A DNA stretch of 64,000 nucleotides from Octopus sinensis (GCF_006345805.1 NC_043004.1:63984001-64048000), one strand, 5' to 3'; positions 37,691 to 53,077 are shown, numbered from the stretch's first letter. Made by a program: numbers and translations. Notes: generated by a model from the letters alone, not told the origin.

Positions 37691-38658
37691 AGACGGGTAT
37701 CCAAAGAAAAACAGGAATTTTGCAATATTGTTCTATTCACTTAGTTTCACATGTTTAGACTTGTTTCGCCTTCAAAGTATTCTCCATTTGAAGCAATGCA
37801 TCGGTTCAGACTCGTCTTCCGCTGTTCGAAGCAGTGCTGGAACTCTTGCAAGGTGATGCCTTTTTAACTCTTCCGTCGTTTTATCTTCGCCTCTTCCACA
37901 TCAACACATTTCGTAGCACAAACTTTCGTTACCAGTGACGACCTCTAAAGGTTTCAATAACTTCCAGTTGTTCTTTCAGTTCACGACACGTGACTGTATT
38001 TCAGTTCACGACACGTGACTGTATTTCAATTCACGACACGTGACTGTATTTCATTTCACGACTTGTGACTGTATTTGATCTTCTATGAGCAAGCGAGGCA
38101 CACATCTTCCTGCAACTCTTTTCATTCACAATTCCTCGCTCAAGACTCGCTGGCAGGAGTTCCAGGATACACTAGTCAATAAGTTCGTCAATTGTTTGGC
38201 GACGGTCCTTCAAGATCGGTTCATGAATTTTCGTGATGTCTCCACACGTACGGGAGGTCGAGTACCGCCCTGAACGAGGTTTGGTCGACAAGCGACAATT
38301 GACCATTCATAAAGCGTGAAAACCACTCGTAAACCCGTGTTTTGCTCATGGCAGCGTGTTTGTAAGCTGTTTGAAGCATGCTATATTTTCTTCGGTCGCA
38401 GTCTTCTCCTGCAGGAAACAGAATTTCACAGAAGCACGTTGTTCCATCGTTACAGCCATCACAAAAACCAATGAAAGGGGGCGAAGCACTGCAAAACAAA
38501 GACGTACCACATGGCAGTGTGTACTACATCAAACAACGCCGGTCGTCAGACTGATGCCTGAGAGTTGCATCCATCGATTTCTAGCGGCGGAAGCCTGAAC
38601 TACGAAGGGCATGTCCCATAGAGAACGTTCGTTTCCAGTTACTTTTAAGTACCTCTCG
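37691..38658 (-). mobile_element. Internally deleted mariner
   Basis: YSMLQTAYKHAAMSKTRVYEWFSRFMNG, FVTGNESL-like and RCIASNGEYFEG. The TIR TA|CGAGAGGTACTTAAAAG at 38658 has a degenerate partner at ~37691. Confidence 0.88.
37974..38076. repeat. 4 x 25-bp tandem repeat inside the mariner
   Basis: Unit TTTCAGTTCACGACACGTGACTGTA, no spacers. Confidence 0.95.
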
Positions 38659-38804
38659 TATTTGCACACACATACATACACACATACATACATACATACA
38701 TACATACATACATACATACATACGTGCATACATACATACATACATACATACATACATACATACATACATACATACATACATACATACATACATACATACA
38801 TACA

Positions 38805-38838
<34 letters not shown>

Positions 38839-38921
38839 CATACATACATAAATACATACATACATACTTATATACATACATACATACATACATGCATACA
38901 TACATACATACGTGCATACAT

Positions 38922-38954
<33 letters not shown>

Positions 38955-38989
38955 TACATACATACATACATACATATATACATACAAGA

Positions 38990-40700
38990 GGGATTCCAGC
39001 CTGAATGCATCATGGTTAAATACAACTAAGAGAGAATAGTGTAACAACACTAACAGTAAAACATACAAAATTGATGCAGAAACCTTTGCTCTAGCAGTAG
39101 GCAAACTGCAGAATGGAAAGGCACCTGGAAGGGACCTAATAGTTGGATATTGGTACAAGAAGCCGACATTGTATAAAGACCAATTGATATGTATGTTCAA
39201 AAGGTCTATGGAAGGTCAGACAGATATTCCAAATTGACTTGCTATAGCAAAGACAAGTCTTGTTGCCAAAAATGAAATCACTGGGATGGCAAGAGACTAC
39301 AGGCCCATTGCTTTCCTAAGCATTACGTACAAAATGTACCCAAGTTGCCACAACCAATTCCTCCAGGACCTTTGTGAGTTGAACAACATTGTGATTGATG
39401 AACAGGCTGGTAGAAAGAAGGGTGAATGGAGATGTGCCGAACAACTTTTAATAAACAAAGCTGTACTACCTGAAGCAAGAAACCAACGCAGAAACCTTGC
39501 GACAGTATGGTTTGACTATAAGAAGACATTCGACGCTATCCCTCATTCAGGTTTGAGATCAGTGCAAACGGCCTTCGAATGCCGTATGGTGTCACCCAGG
39601 CAGCACCTGCTAAACAACAGAAGCAAAAATAAATAGATTAATGCAATGCTGAAAAGTGAAGGGAGCAACATTGTACGAGTGGGAAGTGAAGTCCTCAAGA
39701 AACACTTTCTTCCTGATAGACCCTAAACAGCTGGGCTCTCTTACTTCAGAGAAAACCTGGATGGAAAGCGCTCAGCATGCAAAAAAAGACCATGCATGGG
39801 TATGTTGCCCAGAAGTTTGAAGAAGACAGTAGAATTGACACGAAGCGCAGCGTCACTTAGACACAAGACCACATCACACTTTAAAGGTTATGTGTTTGCA
39901 ATCCAGGAACAGGAGATTGCCAGAAAGTACCTGATGAACATGGAGATAGTCCCAAGGTTCAACCGTCTATGTAGGATATGTCATGTTTCTGTGGAAGACA
40001 TTACGCATGTTTCTGTGGAAGATATTACGCATGTGATTAGAAGCTATCCTAAAATGTCATCATGGTGTACCTCCCTATGCGACACTATGTTGTTGCTAAA
40101 ACTATTTACAATGCCATCCGCAAAAAAAGAATGTTTTGAAATAAACTTAGGAAATTCCTCTGTTATGGAATACATTCATAAACAACAACCAAGGAATACT
40201 GGTGGAATATTTCCATCAAAACTTCTGTCACATGTAAGTGAAACAAGCCGGATATTGTTGTTTGGAACAGAGGGGCAAATGTATTTACCATCATAGAAGT
40301 TAGCTGCCCTGCGGATATAAATATCTCCTTGAAAATCAAAGAAAAAAAGGTTGTCTGTGGACAACTGCTTCGAAACCTCCAGATTCTATATCCAGACTAT
40401 GAACTCATATTCATATCAATAATTGGAGCACTGGGTTTTGTTAGTAAATGCTTAAAAGAGAATCTGGATAAACTGAGATTTTCAGAAAGAGAAATCGACC
40501 GGCTAATTCGTACATTACTAGTGCAATCTGTGAGTCGAACAGTAAAAATCTGCAAGACTTTTCCCAAGTCCCAAAGGTGAATTTATCTGTGTTAACTACA
40601 TCCCAAAGATAGAGCCTTGTATCTTTGTTGGAAACCGGCCCCCTCCTCAGTGAAAGATTCATAATAATTAAAAAATAGATAATAATTAAAAAATAGAAGA
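38990..40700 (+). mobile_element. RLE non-LTR retrotransposon with internal deletions, inserted in (TACA)n
   Basis: RT motifs KAPGRD, DYRPIAFLSITYK, EQAG, EQLLINKAV and WFDYKKTFDAIPHS; then FAIQEQEI, CRICHVSVEDITH, KPDIVV, IEVSCPAD and IIGALG. Confidence 0.92.
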
Positions 40701-40727
40701 GACATACAAACATACATACATACATAC

Positions 40728-40758
<31 letters not shown>

Positions 40759-40767
40759 CATACATAA

Positions 40768-41372
40768 CAGGAATACTTGTGGAATGTCCCAGTGAAGACC
40801 TCAATAAAATGTAAGCACAAGAGACCTGATATAATGATTTGGGATGGAGTAGAGAAACTGTGCACAGTTCTGGAAATTAGCTGCCCAGCTAATTTCCACA
40901 AATTTGTGCTAACATAAAGCTGAAGATCAGTGAAAAGGAGAACACCTATGCTGAACTATCCAGAAATTTGCAGATTACACGTTCAGGTTTATACCTGTAA
41001 TTATTGGGGCCCTGGGATATGTAACACGCTGCCTAAATACCAATCTTGAGAAATTAGACTTCTCAAAACCAGAAAAGAGCTAACTAATTCGAAGACTACA
41101 GATGCAATCAATTACTGGTACAATAAAAATCTGTAAAACTTTCCAGAAGTTTATCATTTAAATATATATGAGAATGTCTAGATATGCAACTATATGCATG
41201 AGGATACATACATAATACATACAAATCTGCTCATACATACATACATGCATACATACATACATACATACATACCTTGTTGTTGATGTTGAAATCCCAATGA
41301 AGGAGCCTTGGATCTAGGTTAGAAACCGGTTCCTTCTCCATTGGCTAGAAATCTTGAAATAAACTGCATAAT
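40768..41372 (+). mobile_element. Second 3' fragment of a related RLE LINE in (TACA)n
   Basis: EYLWNVPVKT, RPDIMIWD, LEISCPAN, IPVIIGALGYV; AATAAA then (TACA)n. Confidence 0.88.
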
Positions 41373-41375
41373 GAC

Positions 41376-41406
<31 letters not shown>

Positions 41407-42554
41407 CATACATACATACATACATACGCATACACATTTAGGCTTGGTATAGCTGGGTGTTTAAGAAGTTCGCCTCGCAACCAGGCGGTCCCGGTTTTGT
41501 TGGCGCTACGTGGCATCTTTCTATAAAGTCAGACTCACCGACACCGTGTGAGCCGGAAACCATATTGAAGACCGCCATCATATCAATTGTAATTCAAAAG
41601 TACAGCCATGCCATACACCGACAAGCTTATTCAGCAATTCATTTGATAGAATAATGGAACGTCCATCTTTGAAAGCGACGAAGAACCATCGTTTCACACA
41701 CACGCACACACACATTTGATTGATGTTGATTCAAAAATAACTGAACAACTGCTTGTTAATGAACTCAAAATGAAGATGTCATTTTTAGCCCAGTTGATGA
41801 TTTACCACATTTACCACATCCAATACATAAATGTTCCTTCTCGCTTAAGCGCAATGCAATACAGACACATGTTTCACCAAACCACTGATGGAAACACAAC
41901 TTTCATTACAGAACTGGCAGATATATATTCTTTGAGGTGGTGAAGATTAATTATTAGCTTGCATATATTCTTGTACCTTTGAGTGGCTAAAAAGACTTGC
42001 ACTGGATAGACAATCTCGGCTTCGAGTTGAACATTTAAAAGGATTAATATTATCTATGGGGTTTCATTTCCTTGGATCTCGTTCCAATTTTGTATGGTTA
42101 ATGGGATTTTCTTCAAAAAAATATAGATGCATTGAGTATATTTATTATCCATGATGCTCCACCAAATGCAATTATTTCCCAACTTTTCTCATGAATATTG
42201 TTTCATGTATACATACATACGTGTATGAATACATATGTATATATTATACATACATATTTTTGTCTTTTTTATAAATATATATATATAAATATATACTTAC
42301 ATAAGTGTGTGTATACATACGTATTCATTCATACATACACATTTTTGTATGAATATTTTTCATTTATATATATATATATACGTATATACGTATATGTATG
42401 TGTTCATCAATCTGACAATCTGATATAATATATCGATTACTCAACTGTCCTACACAAACCAGTATCTCTATTTCTCCTCAAACATTTTTATCATGTATCC
42501 TTGATTAATCACAGTTTCTCCCCTCTCTCTCCCTCTCGCTCTCTGTCTCTCTCC

Positions 42555-42601
<47 letters not shown>

Positions 42602-44456
42602 GTGTGTGTGTGTGTGTGTATAACCATCCATATTTACACTTTTCTGTCTATCTCTATCTCCCTCACTAGTTCCATGTGTATCTCCCTATTTCAGTCTTTC
42701 TCTATCTCTTTCTCTCCATTTTTTCCCTATCTCTCATAACGACTTTTCCTCTATGCCATTTATTGACATCTTTCGCATGATGCTGTTACTATTTAACCCG
42801 AGGTCAGTCCTCATCTCCTAGACGTAAGATCAAAGCTGTTCCAACTTTGACCATCGTATTCTTTTGTATTTATAGCTGAGACTACATTACTCCAAGCATT
42901 CTTCTCTTTCGAGATGAGAAGGTTTAGTACGAGGGAAATTTGGCAGTTCTTTCCAGCAGATCTAACGGCTGCAAGAAAGCTTTCACTAGGATCATCTTTA
43001 CACAAAGGTAAAAAAAGGCTATGAAGCAACTAAACAAAGGGACCACTATGTAGTAGCTAGATCTGCTAGAAATAAACGACAAATCTCTTTCATACCCCAT
43101 AACACTGTCATAAAGAAAGTAGGTCACATTGAATAATGTTGTCCAAGATACAATAGGTTTGGAAAAGACGAGAAATTCACGGTCGACTCTGACTTTATCT
43201 CAAGTAGAAAACTGCTAAGACTGAGCAAAAGCAGCAACCGACAGACAAATCTTGCTGCTGCTGTTGCTACAACTACTACTTCTTAATTTAACGACCTCGA
43301 AAGGGTGAAATGAAAAGTCAACCTCGGTGGAATTTGAACTCAGACCGAGATGACGGAGGAAATGCTGCGAAGCATTTTGCGCAGCGTTTTAACCATTATG
43401 CCATTATCATTATTATGGTTTTGGATTTTTGCACGAGGTCAGCAAATTGTGAGGCGGGTGGGGTTAGTCGATAATAACGGCCCCAGTGCTCCACCGGTAC
43501 TTAGTTCATCGGCCCCGAAAAGATAAAAGGCAAAACTACAGCTAATGTTGCCGTTGTTAAGGCGTAGAGCTGGCAGAATCGTTAGCAAGCCGGTCAAAAT
43601 GCTTAGCGGCAGTTCGTCTGTCTTTACGTTCTAAGTTCAAATTTCACCGAGATTCACTTTGCTTCTCATTCTTTCGAGGTTGTTACCGTAAGTACCACCT
43701 CAATACTGGGGTCGATATAATCGACTTATCCACTCCCCCAAACTTGCTGCCTTTCATCCTTCCGACGATAATAAATGAATGTATCAATTGAGTACTGGGG
43801 TCGATTTAATCGACTTCCTCTGCTTCTGAAATTGCTGGTCTAGTACTAAAATTTGAGAACAAAATTACTACAGCTGTTACAACTACTACTACTACAACTG
43901 CTACTACTACTACCAGCTGCTAGTTCCTCTACTATTAGCGCAAAGTTGCTATGACGGCTACCACTATTACTGCAAAGTTAATATGTAGGTTCACGTAAGT
44001 TTCGATGTTTTGAACGATGAAATAAATTCATGATAGCAGAGATATTTAAAGTAATCTACTGAGTGTGGATGTGGTTCGAATAATGCAAGCTCGGGGTAGA
44101 AAGAAAAGAAAAGAAAAGATATGAAGGAAGGAAGGAAGAAAGGAAGAAGTGAAATAGGAAAAGAAGGAAGCAAATCAACAAACAAAAAGGGAAAACAAGA
44201 AACAAAGGAATGAAGGGAAGGGAGGAGGAAAGAAAAGAAAGAAGAAACAAACAAAACGACGATAGAAAGAAAGAAGGAGAAAATCAACGAGGAGAAAGAA
44301 AGGAAGTCAAATCGTCTGGAGTGGTGAAAATGAAATGAATAAATTATAAATGATCAATGAAAAGAAAGAAAACAGAACTTGCAAAATGGGAAAGACTGAC
44401 AGACAGACAGACAGACAGATAGACAGACAGACAGACAGATAGACAGACAGCCAGAC

Positions 44457-44492
<36 letters not shown>

Positions 44493-44498
44493 GATAGA

Positions 44499-44550
<52 letters not shown>

Positions 44551-44563
44551 TAGATAGATAGAT

Positions 44564-44632
<69 letters not shown>

Positions 44633-44850
44633 TTTGGTAGGTAGGCAGGTAGGTAGGCATGTAGGTAGGTAGGCAGGTAGGTAGGTAGGTAGGTGGCTAG
44701 ATGATAGATAGAAAGATCTGTAAAGAAGAGGAATCTGCAAAACAAATAATCAATGGTGAGAAAATTTTCAGAATCCAAATTGAAGGTATCAGCAATGCTA
44801 GGTTAGCAATCTACAATAAGATTTTTGTGTATGTATGTATGTGTTTGCAT

Positions 44851-44932
<82 letters not shown>

Positions 44933-45065
44933 TGTGTGTGTGTCTCTGTGTGTGTGTGTGTACAGATATTTAAATATGTGTGTATGTATGTAAATATATG
45001 TATGTATGCATACATCTATGTGTGTACATACGTATATATGCATATATAAGTATATGTATATATCA

Positions 45066-45112
<47 letters not shown>

Positions 45113-45919
45113 ATGTGACGAGTGATTCAATGTTTCTCGAACCTGTATTTACAAACGGTCGTCTTCAGTTTATATAAATGGTTGTTTCACTTTCACTTTT
45201 GTTCAACACACATTTTTAAATCTTGGTTTGTTTGTTGTTTCTTTATTTGTCCTTATCGTGAGATTTGTCAACAGTAATTCCCCAAGTAGATCACCCCGCC
45301 ATGTTTGAGGTGAGAAAAAAGTATTTCAGTTAGATAATTCTTATGATTGAAATAATAATAGTTACAAAAAATAGGAAATTTTTCGCGTGATTCTGTATAT
45401 TTTTCGTTTTTTCTATAGAATTTTCATATTTTTTGTTGTTCTTTTTTTCACTGAACATATTCAAACAAATTACTGCTTTCGGAATGCTATTTGTTTGATT
45501 TATCTCTGTTTTTTTTTTATTTGTAGGAGTGTTTTTTAAATATAAGATTGCCGAATGGATAAGGTTATGTAACTGTGAACCATTTAGTCCTACGTTCATA
45601 TTAACCTGCATTATTATTGTGTGTATAAACCTTCAATTTTCACTTTCTGTTTTTTATTTTGTGTCTGAATTTTCGAATACGATTCATGCTCAGCATGCAA
45701 TCCATCACTATCTCAGTAATTATAGTGCCTATCTTTAATCTAGACTACCACAGTCCATCGCTATCGCACAGAGCATCACTCTCCATCCAATTCAACAAAA
45801 AAACATCTCAGACCACTTCTATCTTACCAATTTTAGTGGATTCTACCAAGTTAGACAACCACAGATCATTGCTATCTTATCAATTCTAGGAAATATATTT
45901 AACATAAAGATATTTACAA

Positions 45920-46325
45920 GGCGTTAGCATAGCTGTGTGGTAAAGAAGCTCACTTTAAAACCACGTGATTGTGGATTCAGTTCCACTGTGGGACACCTCA
46001 GGTAAGTGTACTCTAGCCCCTAGCCGCCCAATGCTTTGTTAGTGAATTTGGTAGACAGAATTGTATGGGGGCCTATCGTATATGTGCGTTATGTGTTTGT
46101 GCCTATGTGTGTGTATTTATGTGTGTTTGCTACCCATACACACCGTTTTACAACCGTTGTTGGTTTGTTTCGATCCCCGTAATCTAGTGGTTCGGCAAAA
46201 GAGGCGGGTAGAGTAAGTACCAGACTTTAATATATATATATGTGCTGGGATCGATTTGCTCAACAAAAGCCTTCAAGGCGATTCCGCAGCATGGCCACAA
46301 TTCAGTGACTAAAACAAAGGAAAGA
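45920..46325 (+). mobile_element. Older SINE family A copy
   Basis: Head tagctgtgtggtaaagaag; tail ggcgattccgcagcatggccacaattcagtgactaaaac. Confidence 0.75.
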
Positions 46326-47473
46326 TTAGTTTTCTTCTTATCTATTTGCTCATCCATTCGAATTGAATTAGTTTCTTCAGAAATAATTAAATCAGTCAAT
46401 ATGTTTTGTGTGTTTTGTACTCTCGTTTATTAATTTCAAAGAATTTTTAAACTTGTGTTTTATATAAACCTCTTAACTCACAGTGTTTGTCTTATTAATG
46501 GTTTATATAAATCTCTTAACTCATAGTGTCTGTCCTAATTAATGCTACACTTGTCAAGATTGATTTGGATCATTTTTAGAACTCGAATCGCATATGAATT
46601 CCACTATGAAATTTAAGTACCGCCTGAAGAAGTGTTTCTAGTTGTATATTATCAGTACTATACAATTAATCTAATTCAAATGCCAGACATGATTGATAGT
46701 TATTTCCAGAAAAATATTATAAAAATTCTATTTGATTAAATAGTTCGTTAAATGTATTAGTACCTAGCATAAAAGCCGTTAAGAAAATGATACTCTTAAG
46801 AATGCTTACAATCGTATATAGACTATTTTACATATCTTATTAAGAATTCCCCTTTTTGCTCAATTCTTCAGAGTTTTTCGTGACATACTCAAGCTCTGTT
46901 TCATGTACCTTTGTACTATTTTTCGTACAATAACTAAACTAATATTTCCAGAATTCACGTATGCAGATCTTAGTCAAAGACCTTCTTATAGTGTGCCCAT
47001 ATTTTCTGATAAAAGCGAGAAATTATCTGCTGGTCCAAAAACATTTTAACATTTTAAGAATTTTAATCTTATATTTCCTATTATCCATATGGTTATAGTC
47101 AGTTTTATTAGTTAGTATACTTGAAGTTTTCTAGGGTTTATTCTCATAGATATGCTATTTACTTTATTGTCTTTTTACATGTTAGATAGTTTTCCATTTT
47201 GCTATGTGTTTATTCTGTCGTCGATTATACTTTTTTATGGTTTTGTCACTGTTCTGTGTGTCCGCTCACTTTTCCCAACAGCGTTTCGCTGGTGACCCCC
47301 ACCAAAATGAACAATCTTATCGATAATGGTGCTAAATTGTAATGATATTTTGGAAGCTAATTGATGTGGGATCAGAATATCCACGTCGTGTGTGTATTTT
47401 TAGCGTGCATTCCTTTGTCGTCCTTCTTCGGCAATTTTTACGTAATTTTATATGTATATATATATATATATAT

Positions 47474-47517
<44 letters not shown>

Positions 47518-47518
47518 C

Positions 47519-47752
47519 ACTTTTACTCTTTTACTTGTTTCAGTCATTTGACTGCGGCCATGCTGGAACACCGCCTTTAGTCGAGCAAATCGAAACCAGT
47601 ACTTATTCTTTGTAAGCCTAATATTTATTCTATCGGTCTCTTTCGCCGAACCACTAAGTTACGGTGACGTAAACACAACAGCATCGGTTGTCAAGCGATG
47701 TTGGGGGGACAAACACAGACACACAAACTTATACACATACATACATACATAC

Positions 47753-47820
<68 letters not shown>

Positions 47821-47988
47821 ATATACGAAGGGCTTCTTTCAGTTTCCCTCTACCAAACCCACTCACAAGGCTTTGGTCGGCCCGAGGCTATAGTAGAAGA
47901 CACTTGCCCAAAGTGCCACGCAGTGGGAATGAACCCGGAACCATGTGGTTGGTAAGCAAGCTGCTTACCACACAGCCACTCCTGCGCC
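47519..47988 (-). mobile_element. SINE family A, young copy (plus older head at 48005-48160)
   Basis: Reverse complement of 62688-63081. Confidence 0.92.
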
Positions 47989-48837
47989 TATATAATATAC
48001 AATGAGCATCTACACAGTTTCCGACTACTAAGTCCACTCACTAGGCATTGGTCGGCCCGGACCTTTTGTAGCTGGCACATGCCCAAGTTGCTGCAGTGTG
48101 GGGTTGAACCCGAAACCACGTGGTTGCAAAGCTTGCTTCTCAGTCATTTGACCATACCTGAAAATTTGTAATATATAACTTATAAGACCAATACGTATAA
48201 CATTTCACTAAGAAAAATTAATGTACGACGGTGCAGAATTCTATTTGTGTGCAGCATCCGCTTTCAATTGTTGTGTCTGTTTTGTGGTTTCTGATGTTAT
48301 TTTAGTATTTCATCTGTTTGTTGAGTGCCATATGTACTATGTAAGATGTGTTATTTGACATGTGGTGATTAGGTTTCGTATTTGAAGTGTCAGCTATGTC
48401 GTGTATTTTAGTGTTGAGTTGTAATTGTGTAGTCTGTGTTAGACGAATTGTGTTTGCTAGAGTGTAAAAGAAGCATAAAAGTGCCTCTTTGAATGACTTG
48501 TGGTATTCAGTTACGTACCTAAACATTCTCTCATATACCGGATATTGACGTTGCCTTCACCCTCCCGCACCTCAGGACCAATAAAAAAAAATCCATCAGT
48601 TATAGTATGTATTATGTTTTTAATATTTGTTATAGCCGAGGGCCTCTGTTTTACGTATCTAAACAAGTAGATTATAAGAAACAAACATTTCTAATTCGCC
48701 AAAGGCATTTGAAATGCGAATATACAGATAATGAATATATCTCGTTGATATTAATAACATAATCATCAAAATCGTCATCATCATCAACATCGTCATCATC
48801 GTCATTATCATCATCATCATCGTCGTTGTCATCGTCG

Positions 48838-48868
<31 letters not shown>

Positions 48869-49842
48869 AATATGTTTTTATTCGATACCGCCCCGCTTCT
48901 ATATGTTTCTATATTTTGCTTCGCTTGTCACTGTCCCTAACTATCCAAGCCCTTGCGGCAAATAAAGAAATTATTATTATCATGAAGAAGAAGAAGAAGA
49001 AGAAGAAGAAGAAGAAGAAGAAGAAGAAGAAGAAGAAGAAGAAGAAGAAGAATAACAAGAACAAGAACAAGAACAAGAAGAAGAAGAAGAAGAAGAAGAA
49101 GAAGAAGAAGAAGAAGAAGAAGAAGAAGAAGAAGAAGAAGAAGAAGAAGAAGAAGAACAAGAACAAGAACAAGAACAAGAACAAGAACAAGAACAAGAAG
49201 AAGAAGAAGAAGAAGAATTTTATAACTTCAAAAAATATTATTATTATTATTATGAATTTAAAGTCACTAGTATTATTATCGTTATTATTGTTAATGTCAC
49301 ATTTATTAGCGTAGTTGTTGTTAGTATTAGTATTATGGTTATTATCATAACCATTCATGAGACTGGAGGAGAGATGGCGGTGAGAAACAGAGAGAGATTC
49401 TATAGTGTCGAGGAATTTCTGAGAGTTATTAGAAATATTATGGCAACATTTTTGTGTTACTGAGTGACAAAAGACATGGCGTAGTATACGTGTGATATGG
49501 AGACGATGGAATGGGCGCGGAGGGAAGGAAGGATGGTGTTTTTTTGTTTTGTTTTTATGTAAATGTGTAATGATGTGCTTGTGTGTGTGTGTGTGTAAGA
49601 GTGTAGCGTCTAGGTGTATTCGTGCTTGTGTGTTCGTTTGTGACTGTGTGTGATAATGTGCATGAGTTTAGAAGGAGAAAAAAACAGGAGAGGCTGAATG
49701 GGGGGGGGCGGTGGGAAGGTGAAAGGGGAGGATAGGGACGTATGGAAACGTCATTCGAACCCTATTATCCACACATATGTTTGTGTATGTATAATTATTT
49801 ATATGTGCGTATATATGCATATACATATATATACAGATACAT

Positions 49843-49889
<47 letters not shown>

Positions 49890-49973
49890 TGTACACATAT
49901 ATATATATATGTATGTATATATATATATAATGTGTAAGCGTATGTAAATATGCATACATGTATATACATATAT

Positions 49974-50045
<72 letters not shown>

Positions 50046-52213
50046 GTGCATACATTCACATACATTCACATACATTTCCTTCTGTATGTGTACATATATA
50101 TATATAATATATATATATACATGTATTAATGCATATATATTTTTTCAGAAGCACACACATATACATATATTCATATATATATAATATATATATTATATAT
50201 ATATATATACCTGCATACACACACTCACATACACATACACATGTACTCAATGATACACACAGATACACACACAGACTTACATACACACGCGCACACGTAT
50301 CGGTAATGCGTCAGATTTTATTGAATGGCTGTAGCCCCAGTTGTTCGCACATATTCCTTCTCCTTCAATGACTTTTTGTTTTATTTGTGGTGCGAGGTGA
50401 TCATTGCATTTTATTATCAGAATCAGAATCATCATACATAGAATGTCTTAGAGTAATTCTGGCTCCATTTGCAGTATGTTGCATTTACGGTAGCTACATA
50501 CGTTTATGGTAGCCGCAAGGCACCGCTTTTGTACAGATTTCTTTATTTTCGTTTTCTTTTTCAGTCTTTTGTTGTTGTTTTTTTTTTATTTTCATGTGTC
50601 GTTTTTTTTTTTTGGTTTAGTTTTATTTTATTTGTTATGGAAGCTCAGTATGAGATGAAGAATCACACAAATGTAAATGAAATGTAGAACAGAATCCAAA
50701 ATTACATGGTTACCTTATCGGAATATCATGATATTTCACAAATTTCTACTTGAACACTACTAAAGATACACTGAAATGGACAAAAATACAGAAAAAAATA
50801 TTTTAGAAAAGAACATAAGCGGCTGCAAGTGTGTGTGTGAGTGTGTCTGTGTGTGTGTGTGTGCGTTTGTATGTGTGTGTATTCATATATGTATGGATAT
50901 ATACATGTACATACATTCACATACATTTCCTTCTGTATGTGTACATATAAATATATGCACATATACGCACAAACATACATATGTGTGCATGTATGTATGT
51001 ACGATGTATATATATATGACTCCATATTTAGGAGTATACATACATATATATATGTATGTGTGTGTGTGTGTGTGTGTGGTGTGTGTGTGTACATGCCCGT
51101 GCACACACACGCACACATATATACACACGTATGTGCGTACTACTGAGTGTTACCTATGCATTTGCGCAGGCGTGTGCATAACATTTCGTATTTAGGCGTA
51201 CGAAAAGCTTTTAGACATTTTTCTCTTCTATTATTTACATTTTTTCCTGGAATTCAGGCTAAAATCCTTTAGTACATCTTAGTATGGTTTCATATAATAT
51301 TTATACATGTCTTTAAATGTGCTTCTTTTCTATTAGTTAAATTTATTCCAAATATATGAAGGTTGCTCTGTTACAGAGAAGCAAATTCTACATCGCCCAT
51401 TATTCGGTGGTAGACGACTGAATCAAATTTCACATGCTGCACAGGAAAATTATGCGAATTTTTACAGTCTTACTTCCATAATTAATTCTTCTATCACCCC
51501 GTTTCACATTTTGTGTTGGGCTTTATGCAATGTTATAGAAGTTTGTTCTGTTAGAACTATTCAAGCCTGAGTTCTGATCTGAATATAGGTCCCTGTCTTC
51601 CTCCAACTGGTCACTAAGCTCTTGAAGTGTGTCAAATACGATACTCTTCTTACTGCCACTCGGTCATTAATAAAAAAAACATTTGAGATTTATTGAGATT
51701 TATTTTGTACTGGTTCCTGCACTGTTGATAAAATGTGAACACGATTTGAGATTATAGTGCATTCGGAAGAAGAAGATTAGTCGCAATGCCCTCTAAAGCA
51801 TTCTCCTAGGCTTATGATGTTGATGTAATTGGTGTTCAGCTGAAATAACTGTATATCTGTTTCTAGAAAAAATCATAGAGATTTTAAATTGGCTTGTTGT
51901 GAAGAGAAAGAAAGTTTAGGAGGAATATCGATGCGGACATTGTACAGTGGGGCACAAGACAGGCAACTGATGGAAACTTACATGAGCGTATGGAGAGAAA
52001 GGCTATAAAATCCAGACAAGCTGAGGGCGTCGTTGTTTTGGGAGTGTTTTTATAAGTAGTGGTGGAAGGATTGCTTAACTAACGTTGGGCCCTCATCTTC
52101 AACTGAATCGTAGACCCACCGTAGTGACATAAACAGTGACATAAATGTCACCGTATGACATTAACCCTGGTGCATGTTGTTCCTTATCAGGTCTCATTAT
52201 AACCGGTTCCTTA

Positions 52214-52249
<36 letters not shown>

Positions 52250-53046
52250 AGAAAGAAGAAAGAAAGACAGTGTTGGAAGAATTTTGTACTTTAGTAACAT
52301 TATATTTATCGATCACGAAAAGATGAAACGAAAAGTTGATCTCAGTGGGACTTGAACGCGTACCGACGAGAACCAGAACAAATACTGCAGCATATTCGAT
52401 CCGACGTCTATACTGCGAGGACTTTGTTGTTTAAATACGAGCCACACCTTACTAATTCGGAGAATCAGAAAAAAATTCTAATTGTTGTAGTAACGATTAA
52501 ATACTGATGGACATACCGCGTAGTCAGTCATGCCGCGATTTAAAGGATATATCTTCTGTTGCTTTCTAGCAAATTGAGTGCCTACATGAGACCCGATCGT
52601 AGCTGGGTTTTTATTTGTTTGCCGTAGGTTACAAAATATTTTATTAATGTCCCTTTATGATGAGTTACTTGATCAAGGGTATCGAGCTGTGTCCTCTACA
52701 ATATAGACTAACGCAGTAAATTACGAATTTCCCTAGTGTTCCACTAAAATTTATAGATCTAATTTTAACAGCTTATGCCTGCTGTATTTTTATTCATAAT
52801 TCATAGAAAGGTTCTTTTTTTCCTCCTTTAATTTTATAATAGCATATAACATTAATATTATTTACATCTCGGTTCGCTGCATTTAATCTAATGTTTTGTT
52901 ATATTGTTAAGTTCTCTTTCATGTATTGTTTATATAAATGTATATGTGTGTGTTTGTATATTGATATGTATGTACGTGTGTCTGATTGTATATATACATA
53001 CGATACACGTAAGTATATACATATGTATGTATGTATGTATAGATAG

Positions 53047-53077
<31 letters not shown>

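Noticed and set aside
37974-38076. CRISPR-like repeats
   Set aside because: Contiguous units without spacers, no cas genes, and a eukaryotic context.
46550-47450. Third Penelope relic
   Set aside because: Only faint fragments (IDSYF, SILE, ICYL) in AT-rich DNA; too weak to call.
50040-50950. ~45-bp direct repeat at ~50055 and ~50905
   Set aside because: A low-complexity local duplication with no element between the copies.
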